This document shows positions 46,366 to 56,582 of a stretch of DNA of 56,582 nucleotides, one piece after another (the stretch's first letter is position 1; every line of letters starts with the position of its first letter). The notes under the pieces were generated by a model that saw nothing but the letters and a program-made list of their open reading frames with translations, was not told the origin of the DNA and did not search any database. The position numbers and the translations under genes are program-made. This stretch comes from Nemertoderma westbladi (lineage: Eukaryota > Animalia > Xenacoelomorpha): the NCBI GenBank assembly GCA_032718475.1, contig JAUCBJ010007225.1, positions 1-56,582 of the forward strand, given 5' to 3'.

Positions 46366-46545
46366 AGTACTGCAGTACTGTAGTACAGTAGTAGGCCTAG
46401 CAGAGTAGGCCTACAGTACTGCAGTACTGCAGTAGTCAGGTAGTACAGTCTGACAGTACAGCAGTAGTACTGCACCGGAAGTTCAGTAGTTGTAGGCTAG
46501 TACTGTAGTAGTAAGTACTGTACAACTCTGTAGTTGTAGTAGTTT
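46366..46545. other. Dense cluster of TA-anchored micro-motifs (TACAGTA/TACTGTA, TAGGCCTA, TAGTA)
   Basis: The stretch is built almost entirely of these motifs, directly upstream of the C6orf136-like ORF. Confidence 0.7.
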
Positions 46546-46943
46546 ACATCAGTCATCACCCCTGCAGTTATGCATAGGCACTCCTCAGACTGTCAGACAG
46601 TCAGACTGCCAGGACCTACCCTGATTTTTATTAAGAAGCTCTTAGCTTCTTTCAGTCTTTCCTGTCTCAATTTATCAGCAGAATTTTGTTGTTGGACATG
46701 AAAAAAAAGAAAAGAAACAACTGGCATTTAGCTCCCTGATTGGCTAGAGCTACAATATCATCTTTAGGCCTTCCCAAGCAGCCTTTAATCAGCCTTGATA
46801 GGCAGACTGTCGGTAGAAGTTCATTCATTCCCTATCCATCCACTCATACTCCATGTAGGAGGAGGGAGATGTGTGTGTTTAGGTATGCGGTCAATGACAT
46901 CAATATTATTACTAACTTAAAAGGAATACTTGTTACATACATA

Positions 46944-47224
46944 GGTTCCACCTTGGTGTAGTGGTCGCATTGAATTCACATCTCCTGTAGGTCGTGGGTT
47001 CGATCCTCACATGGGCCAGGGCAGTTTTCGTTTCGGCACGAATGCTTTAAAGGGACCAGCCAGGGCGCATCTCTGCCTTGCATCCTTAAGTGGTGGCTAA
47101 ATGAGTACTGGTGTTTCCTCTGGGGAGTAAAGTTCTGGGGGGACCGCACTGGAAATAAGTCGCCAGACTTTGTGCGTAATCCATGGCCTAGCGGCCGAAG
47201 AAAATTTACTTTTTACTTTACTTT
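46944..47224 (+). mobile_element. tRNA-derived SINE with a LINE-type structured 3' end
   Basis: A box TGGTGTAGTGG, B box GGTTCGATCC, CTAAATGAGTAC body motif, structure at 47141-47182, (TTTAC)n tail. Confidence 0.85.
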
Positions 47225-47351
47225 AATACTAATATTCACTACAACCTGAGGTGTGTGTTTATCAGTTTATTAACTGATGAAAGAAATAAATTATTGTTTT
47301 ACGAAAGTGAGTATTTGTGTAAGCTTACTTATTTGCTGTATTATTATTTAA

Positions 47352-49928
47352 TCTAAATGTACATAATAGTTTTAATAAATTATTTTACAAAAATGTTTCC
47401 AATTCTTAGTTAGGCCTGCTGCTTACGGGATCGTGTTAATTAGGCCAAATGAAAATTTCATGTCCGTCTGTCTGTCTGTCCGTCCACCGGTCCGTCCGTA
47501 ATAAATAATTCATTCGTAAATAACTTTTGATGATTTTAACCATTTTCAACCAAATTTTGTATAGGTATACTAGAGAAAAAGTTCCAATATTTTGAGACGG
47601 AGTAAAACCCCTGTTAAAAATAGGGCAATTTTTTTTGTTAAAAATGGGGAAATTTGGAATTGTGGCAGGCTATACGAATATAAACCTCATCAACATAAAC
47701 GAATTATACAAACGTGCATAGAAGCACATAAACTACACATTAAATTTCTCAAAATTACAGAAAATACATTTTTTAAATGGGCTAATTAGTAATATCGGTA
47801 CTACTGTAGTTATTACAATCTTTCTGGATCAAGTCAAATTCGTCGCAGTTTTTCTACTGGGGTTTGTGTTTCCTTCTGAATTTTATCCATTAAACACTAT
47901 TTGACGATTTAGAGACCGGGTGGGCTTCCTTATCATTATAGTTTCACAGTTATTCATATGATTCTCACGTGCAGCATCCACTTGGATGATTCTAAATTAG
48001 GAAAACACTAGTAAAACAGTAAAACACTTGGAAAACATAGCAAAAGTATTGTAAAACACACGGAAAACAGTGAAAATATTGATCAGCAGGGAATTTAACA
48101 CATGTACTTCTCTGAATTGACAATCCTAAATGTACTCCTCGCATAGCACCCCTTAAGTAATCACCGTAAAACATAGGGAAAACACTATAAAAACACTATA
48201 AACCTTCCGGAAAACAGTGAAAAAATTGATCAGCATTAAATTCTACCTATATGCTGCAAAAAAATAAATTGAAAGAGTCTAATACTGCCCAGAAAGCTTG
48301 TTGCCAGGCAACCAAAGAACTGTAACCAATCAGCATACGGTGCAGGTGCAGTATCAGTACAGCAGTACTATCGTTGTTTTACCGGTCAGTCGGTAGAGGC
48401 GCAAAGTACCAGTATTGCTGTATTCTGGTAGGCCTATTACCTGATTACAGATTACAGTATTAGTGCTGTAGTGCAGTAGTGTAATGCTGTAATGTCCCAT
48501 GGCTATGGCACTATCTCTGTAACCAGGCTGCCAGGCTGTCTTAATACTGTAATGCTTACCGGTACTACTCAGCTACTAAATATATAAATATTTACAGCTC
48601 TATAACTAACCCTAACAATACTGCAATATCTGAATACTGGAATACACTACTGCACTACAGCACTAATACTGTAATCTGTAATCAGGTAATAGGCCTACCA
48701 GAATACAGCAATACTATGGTACTTTGCGCCTCTACCGACTGACCAGTAAAACAAGGATAGTACTGCTGTACTGATACTGCACCGTATCCTGATTGGTTAC
48801 AGTTCTTTGGTTGCCTGGCAACAAGCTTTCTGGGCAGTATGAGACTCTTTCAATTTATTTTCTTGCAGCATATAGGTAAAATTTAATGCTGATCAATTTT
48901 TTCACTGTTTTCCGGAAGGTTTATAGTGTTTTTATAGTGTTTTCCCTATGTTTTACGGTGATTACTTAAGGGGTGCTATGCGAGGAGTACATTTAGGATT
49001 GTCGATTCAGAGAAGTACATGTGTTAAATTTCCTGCTGATCAATATTTTCACTGTTTTCCGGGTGTTTTACAGTACTTTTGCTATGTTTTCCTAGTGTTT
49101 TACCGTTTTACTAGTATTTTCCTAATTTAGAACTATCCCATCCACTTCAAGGAATGGCTTGGATACTTTTCATTTTCATTAACAGATAAACTGATATTTT
49201 CTGTTGTAGTAACTGTAAAAACAGTAATTTACGGAGATTTTAAACCAACAATCGTAAGGCAAACACTAATTTGCGGTTTACTCGAAATGACGTTTTGGGA
49301 CTTGCGGTCTTTTTACATCGCACGGCAGAATTGCAGCTTACAAAGCATTGTGTCTGTGTGACAAATGATACCATAAACGTCGCTTACCAGAAATAACACG
49401 CAAGTAAACATTCGAAAAAAGGTCAATGATAGTGAGGGGGGGGGGGGGGGGGGGACTTGATTCCTTAGGATGATTCCATATAGATGGAAAACGCAACGTG
49501 GAAGACATACAACACCCAATAAATATGATACCAATGAGATATGATAAAAATGTCGATTATATTTCGACATTAAGTTGAACATTTGAGGATAAAATTCACA
49601 ATTGATATAAAAGATCTTCATTGCTTATTGACATACAGTACATTTCTCACTTAATGGGAGTACTGACTGGACACTGGACTGCATCTACCGTAATAAACGA
49701 CTTATGCTCTAGTCACATTAAAATTAAAATCAATCTTTGGATATGAATGATTTATGATTTATATTACAAGTAATTATCATAATTGTAATAGTAGCACCGT
49801 TTGAAACTGTATTTGAATAATATTGTCAGAAAATATTTTGTGTGAAACTTGAACGAAGACGTGGACAAGTGGACAGTCGCGCTGAAGCTAGAGAGCTTCT
49901 TTCGCGGTGCGCCAGCACCGCCAGCTAG
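47352..49928 (+). mobile_element. Non-autonomous Helitron-like element (5' end tentative), interrupted by the MULE foldback
   Basis: 3' hairpin GCGGTGC-GCCA-GCACCGC (49904-49921) then CTAG|T. (GTCY)n tract at 47461-47485. Candidate A|TC start at 47352. Confidence 0.55.
47984..49138. mobile_element. Non-autonomous MULE/Mutator foldback element with ~500-bp TIRs
   Basis: GGATGATTCTAAATTAGG...CCTAATTTAGAACTATCC termini, perfect 9-bp TSD CATCCACTT (47975-47983, 49139-49147), arms ~47984-48483 and ~48643-49138. Confidence 0.92.
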
Positions 49929-50233
49929 TTATTGATAGCAACAATGTGTTGGCAAGCTGTATTTTTCGAGGTAATAGTTCTTATGCATTTATTATAGGAA
50001 GGGATCTAGGGGTCTTAACCTCGAGTGATATGTTTATTTTACCGAAAATAACTTATCTTTTATTGGCGCAATTCTAGGGTTAAGACCCCTAGATCCCTTC
50101 CTATAATAAATGCATAATAACTAACACCTCGAAAAATACAGCTTGCCAACACATTGTTACTATCAATAATAAAAATCAGGGGCTAATAAAATGGCAGCTG
50201 GCTTTGAAATTAATACTCCATATCTCAAGAACC

Positions 50234-50286
50234 TGGCCTAGTGGTTGTAGTCTCGGCTTCCACCTCGAGGTCCCAGGTTCGAATCC
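50234..50286 (+). promoter_or_regulatory. tRNA-type internal Pol III promoter
   Basis: A box TGGCCTAGTGG (50234-50244) and B box GGTTCGAATCC (50276-50286) at tRNA spacing. Confidence 0.8.
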
Positions 50287-50289
50287 GAC

Positions 50290-50333
50290 ACCACGCTGAA
50301 TGAGACCCAGTAAGGTCGAAACGCGTACGTGGT
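50290..50333 (+). ncRNA. Minimal type I hammerhead ribozyme (core variant)
   Basis: Stem I ACCACG/CGUGGU, core CUGAAUGA, stem II GACC/GGUC, GAAA, palindromic stem III ACGCGU, cleavage triplet GUA (after 50327). Confidence 0.8.
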
Positions 50334-51747
50334 TTGGAGAGATATGAGATATTAATTTAATAAAAATTACGCGATTCCTAAATTTGTAAACTACCCGGTT
50401 AAAAAAGTACGCATGTGATGGGATTAGTCCTACAATTGCGCCAATAAAAGATAAGTTATTTTCGGTAAAATAAACGTATCACTCGAGGTTAAAGACCTCT
50501 AGATCCCTTCCTATAATAAAGGACCTACCCTAACTGACAACGTGCATTAAGTAATAAGTCAAATATCCAATAATAATTATTATGAAATAATAATGATAAT
50601 TTAAAGCGCAAGGTGATAGAATGTGTTATAACTTTGAACCAACCATGGACGAACCCAGCAACCCCTACCCCCAGCCCCACTATACAGTATCACATATCAG
50701 GATCCAATTTACAATGTTCTATTTTTCAGTTTGCCTGACAACCAGTGCAAACATTAATACATATTTAGTTTAGTATTAATTATTATCAAAATTCATTTTT
50801 TTTATCACTAAAATTAATCATTTATTTAACTAAATCTCTTCCATTAAAATTAATCATTCTGTGATGGTATTTTGTGATGATACTTCTCTTCCCCTTTCTG
50901 ACTTCACTGTCTCGTTCCTGTCGGTTAGGAGTGGATCAAGACACACGAACGTTGTTTCCGCCCCACAGATTGTAAATAAAGTTTAGTTCGATTGGCATGG
51001 ACATATAAGTTATTTCAATTATTTAAACTGCACAACTATTTTCTAGAGCACAATAGAAGGGTGACACGATAGGTGAAGTTTGTAAGTTTCAGGATAGTTA
51101 TTTTTACAGAACACAGCAGAACACAGTAGAACACAGCAGAACACAATAGAATACAGGCGGAACATAGGCGAACACAGCTGTAATTAAAATCTACACCAAA
51201 AAATAACACACTTGGGAAAGTACCGGACTTAATCATACAACTGTAAGATGTCAATTACATATTTAAATTAAATGGCGGTTTTCCATATCCTCCAAAATAA
51301 ATTACCTGATCAGAGTTGCCCGATCAGCTGTTCGGTTAGGCCTGTACCTGATACTAGTCCAGCAGTCTGCCTGTCAGCCTGTTCCAGTACTGCAGTAGGC
51401 CTAGTGCTGTAGAGACATGTACAGACTGACAGACTGTACATTGTACAGACAGACAGATGTATGCATTTACCGGCAATTACCGGGCACAGTGTAGAGTATA
51501 TTACCAATGTACTGATGTAGGCCTACTCAGCTACCGGTACTGTACTGCTGTAGAACTAACCAACTAACCGAAAAACTGGTACGATACCGGTCTGCTGAAT
51601 TATCATTGTACATTAATTCACCTACTGCTTACCGGTACAATCTCGTGTTAATTGTATATAAACATTATATATTATATAATTGATATATGGTTTATTGGTA
51701 TTTGGTATAAAAATTACTCGGCAATCACTTTAATAAAGAACCGTGAA

Positions 51748-52848
51748 ATGTCTTCACAACGAAACCGAAACGACAGAACCAACGATGTTGAAATACAAAG
51801 GAATAACAACCGTCGAAACAGCGTTACTACTAGGGCTACAAGACCAAATAACGGGTCTCCAAATCCGAAAATCGGTAAACCGTTGACCAGTACAGGTATA
51901 ACACCAACTCAATCGAAACGCGATGACGGGTACACTGAGATAGAAGTTGGCTGCTCTGGAACAAGCTGTGACATATTTATGATATGTATAGCCAAATCAG
52001 GAACAGACTTCGGACATGTTGACTTTCGCTGTGGACGTTGTATGGGAAAACAACTGACTCAGGTTAACAAAGATCTCGAGAAACATAAGTCTCTAACCGA
52101 TCAGCAATTCCTAGATTTCCAACAACAAATTGACAATCTCGAACATCGCATAAAGGAAGATACATACCTGGCAAGTGAAACAATAGCTTCTTTACAGAGT
52201 GATATTGAATATAAGTTAAAGGATATCGAATCTAACCAATCCGATATAAACTTGAAACTTAAAGAAACAACGGAGAAACCAGCCACTGTCCCATGTGGAC
52301 AACCAATGAACTACGCTGCGGCCCTGAAACAAAACAAAAATGAACCTTCCAATAATGTAGCTCTACTTGCTAGAATGCTGAAAGATGAGGAATCAGAACA
52401 AAATAAACGCAAGAGAAATCTTCTAGTAAGTGGAACTACACCTGCGGTCACTGATGATGAGACATTGATTGCTGATATAGCTAATTCAGTAAACGTTATT
52501 ATACTTAAACAAGACATAAAAACAAGAAGAGTTGGGAAACCAAAAAACAATGGAACACAGTCTATTGTTGTAACCTTGCCCATTGAAAAACGAATGGAAC
52601 TACTTAGAAGTGCTCGAAACTTAAGACAATCAGAACACTACCAAAATGTCTACATCACCCCTGACTACACGGCGTCAGAACGAAAACTACAGTATGAACT
52701 TCGCGAACAACGCCGGGCCAAACAATCTGCCGAACCTAATAAGAACTGGGTTATATACAGGGGAGCCATCAGTGACGCCGCAAAAATTTCATTACCTAGG
52801 CGCTCATCCAATCACCCATCTCCAACAGATGCAGAAACAATGGATTGA
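51748..52848 (+). CDS. LINE ORF1 (Cys motif, coiled coil, RRM/CTD)
   Basis: ATG at 51748. C..C...CGRC, heptad region, KRKRNLLVSG...RRVGKP...LLRSARNLR...NVYITPDYT..ER. Confidence 0.88.
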   Translation: MSSQRNRNDRTNDVEIQRNNNRRNSVTTRATRPNNGSPNPKIGKPLTSTGITPTQSKRDDGYTEIEVGCSGTSCDIFMICIAKSGTDFGHVDFRCGRCMGKQLTQVNKDLEKHKSLTDQQFLDFQQQIDNLEHRIKEDTYLASETIASLQSDIEYKLKDIESNQSDINLKLKETTEKPATVPCGQPMNYAAALKQNKNEPSNNVALLARMLKDEESEQNKRKRNLLVSGTTPAVTDDETLIADIANSVNVIILKQDIKTRRVGKPKNNGTQSIVVTLPIEKRMELLRSARNLRQSEHYQNVYITPDYTASERKLQYELREQRRAKQSAEPNKNWVIYRGAISDAAKISLPRRSSNHPSPTDAETMD

Positions 52849-53004
52849 CTACCTAACATTCAAACCCAAACTCATAACCAAACTACAGAGCAAAATCACA
52901 ATCCGTCAATCTCAACTGACGACATACACCAAAATTCACCCCCTCCAAGCACCGGCACCCTGATATACCCATGGACTCCCATATTCGAAAAACCAGGAAT
53001 ACAC

Positions 53005-55857
53005 ATGCTACACCTCAATGTTAGAAGTTTATTACCAAAACTAACAGAACTGAAACTGATCCTACTATATACTCGAATACACATACTAACTGTATCTGAA
53101 ACGTGGTTGGATGACTCAGTATCTGACAAAGAAGTCGAAATCATAGGGTATAAAATTACCAGGAAGGATAGAAATGAGAATGGATGGGGAGGGGTTGCAA
53201 TATATACTAGAGACGATTTGGTATTTAATGCCTGCATTTCACTGAATCAAATGGATATTGAAGGGGTATTTGGAACTCTCATTATGCCCTACACCAAAGA
53301 AATCCTCATTGGATCGGTATATCGACCTCCAGAGTCATCTATAACTCAATTCTTCAAATCCTTAGAATCTTTTATTGGAACGGTATCTAACCATAAAGAA
53401 ATTTATATCCTTGGAGACGTCAATGCAGACATATCTAGTAATGACCGAAGCAATAAAAACATAGTTGACTCATTCTGTGCCTCTACTGGACTTAAACAAA
53501 TAATCAAGGACCCAACCCGTGTTACTGAGATATCTTCTACCATTATCGATCACATTTATACTTCAGCACTGGAAAATAAAGTTACAGCATCTGGAGTAAT
53601 AGAAGTCGGCATTAGTGATCATTACATCGTATATGTCACCAGGAAGAAAATTAAAAACCATAAATACATACCAAAAATAATCCGAGCTAGAACATACAGA
53701 GACTACTCCATACCAAAACTAAAGGAAATGATTGTGAACAATAGTAAAATTAATAACATTGGCAATATAAATGACGTGGATGAAGCCGTGGACATTCTAA
53801 ACTCTGAGATTTTAAATATCCTCAACACTATAGCACCGAAACGGGATATCAGAATCAAAACTCATACCGAACCCTGGCTAACTCCAAATCTTCTACACAC
53901 TATAACTATGAGGAATAAAGCCTTAACCACAGCAAGAAAATATCGCACTGAAGAAAATGAAACAAATTACAAGAGAATCAGGAATGACACCACCAAACTC
54001 ATAAAGGAAACTAAACAGACATACATACGAGAACAAATTAAGGAGAACAGAACTAACTCTAAACAATTATGGAAGACCCTCAAAAACCTCGGCTTACCAT
54101 CAAAGAAAGGCCAATCAAATGGACCACTTACAATCAATAATGGAACCGAACTAGTTTCTGACCCTAGACAAATAGCTGATGCGTTTAACGAATACTTCAC
54201 TGGTGTTGCTAATGAATTGGAAACCCAATTACCGCCACCTACAGGTCGCTTTGGTGAGGCTGCAGTTGCCAGATACTATGAATCTAAGGGAATAACTAAA
54301 GATAGCTTTACTCTAAAACAAACTGAAGAGGATGTGGTTTCTCGTATCTTATGCGACCTTAATCCCGATAAAAGTCCCGGCATTGATGGTATACCAGCAA
54401 AAATATATAAGGACTGTTCCACTGAGCTGACAAAAGCAATTACTCACATTATAAATATCTCCATAACAACATGTAAATTTCCCTCAGCTATGAAACTAGC
54501 CAAAGTGGCACCAATCTATAAAAGGGGCACACAAACTCAACGTGAAAACTTCAGACCAGTGTCTCTACTACCTATTCTCTCCAAGATTATAGAAAAAGTA
54601 ATCTACGATCAGATGTACCATTACTTGATATCAAACTCTATCATATCTGCACTTCAAAGTGCCTTTCGTAAAGGCTATTCAACGGAAACATGCTTGATAT
54701 TTATAGACACTGTCATCCGATCAGCAGCAGATGGTGGCCAGTTAACAGGGATGGTGTTAATAGACCTCAAGAAAGCTTATGATACGGTGAATCGCAACAT
54801 ACTATTGATGAAACTGAAATACATGGGCTTTGACAACAAAGCAATAGCGTGGCTTGAATCCTATCTATCAAGCAGATCCCAAGTTGTAACCATACAGGGG
54901 GTTGACTCAGATCAACGCACGCTGGATGACGGTTTACCACAAGGAACTCTCTTAGCGATCCTACTTTTCCTCTCACACACCAATGACTCGGACCAAGCCG
55001 TTGATTGCCCCACCCCGATGTTCGCAGACGACATATCGCACTTAGTCCCTGGCTCAGACTCAAGAACCATATCGGAATCACTAACACGGAATCTAGAATG
55101 CACCCAAGCATGGCTCATAGACAACCGCCTAACTCTCCATTTAGGTAAAACCGAAAGTATCCTATTTGGAACAGCACAACGTTTAGCCATAAACGAACCA
55201 CTAAATGTGACATGCAATGGGAAAGCAATAGCGAACAGGGACTCGGTCAACTACCTCGGTTGCAAATTAGATAAAACTCTAAACAGTGAATCGATGGTTG
55301 CAACAATAATAAAGAAAGGCAACTCTCGGTTAAAGTTCCTGTGGCGATTTGCCGGTGTACTAGACTACAATACACGCCGCCTACTATGCAATGCATTAAT
55401 ACAACCACTAATGGACTATGCATCACCAGTGTGGTTCCAATCTATTAGTATCCTATGGAGAAACAAACTGGAGGCCCTACAACGGAAATGTATCCGGTAT
55501 TGCCTGGGACTGGACAATCGCACCCACATCGACAATTCACACTTTCGAGAAATTAACTGGCTACCCATTAAACTACGAATTAAACAAAACCTGGCAACTA
55601 TCATGTACAAAACTCACCATAACGTCACCCCGAGCTATATACAGGAAATGGTGGACTTCTCCTCATCCACACGTGACACGCGCGCCCCCCAAACTAAAGC
55701 GGTCATCCCACAGAAAAACACCGCATTTGGCCAGCTCTCCTTTGACTATAAGGGCCCAGCGATCTGGAATAGCCTGCCGCGCCACGTAACCGAGTCAGTA
55801 TCTGTCGAGGCATTCAAACATGCAGTAAAATCGCATTACCTACGCTCGCTCGATTGA
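53005..55857 (+). CDS. LINE ORF2 (APE endonuclease + RT), 950 aa
   Basis: HLNVRSL, SETWL, GGVAIY, YRPP, GDVN, IDH, SDH; NFRPVSLL, DLKKAYD, PQG, FADD, YLG, WNSLP. Confidence 0.93.
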   Translation: MLHLNVRSLLPKLTELKLILLYTRIHILTVSETWLDDSVSDKEVEIIGYKITRKDRNENGWGGVAIYTRDDLVFNACISLNQMDIEGVFGTLIMPYTKEILIGSVYRPPESSITQFFKSLESFIGTVSNHKEIYILGDVNADISSNDRSNKNIVDSFCASTGLKQIIKDPTRVTEISSTIIDHIYTSALENKVTASGVIEVGISDHYIVYVTRKKIKNHKYIPKIIRARTYRDYSIPKLKEMIVNNSKINNIGNINDVDEAVDILNSEILNILNTIAPKRDIRIKTHTEPWLTPNLLHTITMRNKALTTARKYRTEENETNYKRIRNDTTKLIKETKQTYIREQIKENRTNSKQLWKTLKNLGLPSKKGQSNGPLTINNGTELVSDPRQIADAFNEYFTGVANELETQLPPPTGRFGEAAVARYYESKGITKDSFTLKQTEEDVVSRILCDLNPDKSPGIDGIPAKIYKDCSTELTKAITHIINISITTCKFPSAMKLAKVAPIYKRGTQTQRENFRPVSLLPILSKIIEKVIYDQMYHYLISNSIISALQSAFRKGYSTETCLIFIDTVIRSAADGGQLTGMVLIDLKKAYDTVNRNILLMKLKYMGFDNKAIAWLESYLSSRSQVVTIQGVDSDQRTLDDGLPQGTLLAILLFLSHTNDSDQAVDCPTPMFADDISHLVPGSDSRTISESLTRNLECTQAWLIDNRLTLHLGKTESILFGTAQRLAINEPLNVTCNGKAIANRDSVNYLGCKLDKTLNSESMVATIIKKGNSRLKFLWRFAGVLDYNTRRLLCNALIQPLMDYASPVWFQSISILWRNKLEALQRKCIRYCLGLDNRTHIDNSHFREINWLPIKLRIKQNLATIMYKTHHNVTPSYIQEMVDFSSSTRDTRAPQTKAVIPQKNTAFGQLSFDYKGPAIWNSLPRHVTESVSVEAFKHAVKSHYLRSLD

Positions 55858-56582
55858 CAATTCACTGATTTTAATTATACTTTTTACTAATTATTAGCGT
55901 TTAATTTTTTTTATACTATTAATGATCTATTACATCTCAAAACTCTAAAATAACTAATCATAACAAGTTTTAATTTTTGTACAAAGCATCCCCATTTTTT
56001 ATTTTGCGAGAGATATTTAAGGGGAGAAATACTGATTTTAATTTTTACTGAAGCTACTACACTTCAATGGTAAATTTTACCAAATATTTTAATCTACGTA
56101 CGCACATGAGGATGGCTTTTTAAAAATTTTATGCATTAATGTAAATATTAATAAACTATTTTTTTTTTTTTAATACTTATCATAGTTCTAAAGAATGTAA
56201 TATTTTAATTATTCATGCACCTGAAACCTCATTTATTTATTTTTTTTATTGTTTTATACATGACGCCGAATCTTTATTATACTGTATAATTTACCCATTG
56301 AACTAACCACGGGGACCCTCTCGGAAACAAGGCTCGCCTTAAGGGGCTATCCCCGGTGCGCAATGTATTTATTATAAGCATTCTGATTGAGTAATAACTA
56401 TAATACATAATAACATTTTTATAGCGTCAAATTTATAATAACATAACTTCAGTTTCAGTTTTGATATTGTTCCTTATGTTCCTTATTGTTCCTTATGTAA
56501 TGTTTGTTGTTATTTAATAATTGTGTTATTTTAATGTTCCTTTTAATGTTATACTTTGAGCACCATTAAACCAATACCAATA

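Larger units (their letters stand above)
49931..50520 (+). mobile_element. Penelope-style / retrozyme-like non-autonomous element: ~410-bp unit with partial tandem repeat and an inverted 5' segment
   Basis: 50078-50110 recurs at 50487-50520. 49931-50076 is the reverse complement of the unit end joined to the unit start. The unit contains a hammerhead motif. Confidence 0.78.
50925..56400 (+). mobile_element. Apparently full-length CR1/L2-group (Daphne/Crack-like) LINE; both ends approximate
   Basis: Long 5' UTR, intact ORF1 and ORF2, AT-rich 3' UTR with a structured motif at 56311-56354. Confidence 0.85.

Noticed and set aside
47992-49130. Two near-identical 60-aa ORFs (MFYGDYLRG...)
   Set aside because: They are mirror images in the arms of the foldback element, with no protein motif.

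Overview
This is AT-rich animal (invertebrate-like) genomic DNA, not prokaryotic, so the GTG/TTG starts in the ORF track are mostly meaningless. It is dominated by nested transposable elements whose boundaries can largely be read from the sequence. (1) An Academ (XPG-type) DNA transposon at 2278-8712 (TAG...CTA ends, TAA TSD) splits a LINE-ORF1-like gene that rejoins in frame when the element is removed. (2) A three-level nest spans 12871-21435: a young Mag-like Gypsy element inside a plus-strand RTE inside a minus-strand RTE. (3) An internally deleted BEL/Pao element (23351-28839) carries a triple-CCHC reading frame downstream of integrase. (4) piggyBac-, Harbinger-, MULE- and Helitron-type non-autonomous elements and two tRNA-derived SINEs are present. 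(5) An L2-clade LINE has its EN-RT frame continuous with a ~5.2 kb frame-preserving 123-bp (41-aa) array. (6) An apparently full-length two-ORF CR1/L2-group LINE closes the window. Likely host genes are a PH-domain terminal exon (32399-32788) and an intronless C6orf136/DUF2358-like gene (45050-46297). Most notable: a ~410-bp Penelope-style/retrozyme-like element coupling a tRNA-type Pol III promoter to a minimal hammerhead ribozyme (49931-50520); the coding array fused to the L2 ORF; a covarying 3' RNA structure shared by two LINEs and a SINE; and pervasive TA-site micro-insertions resembling stacked transposon excision footprints. Family assignments are from motif recognition by eye, not database searches.
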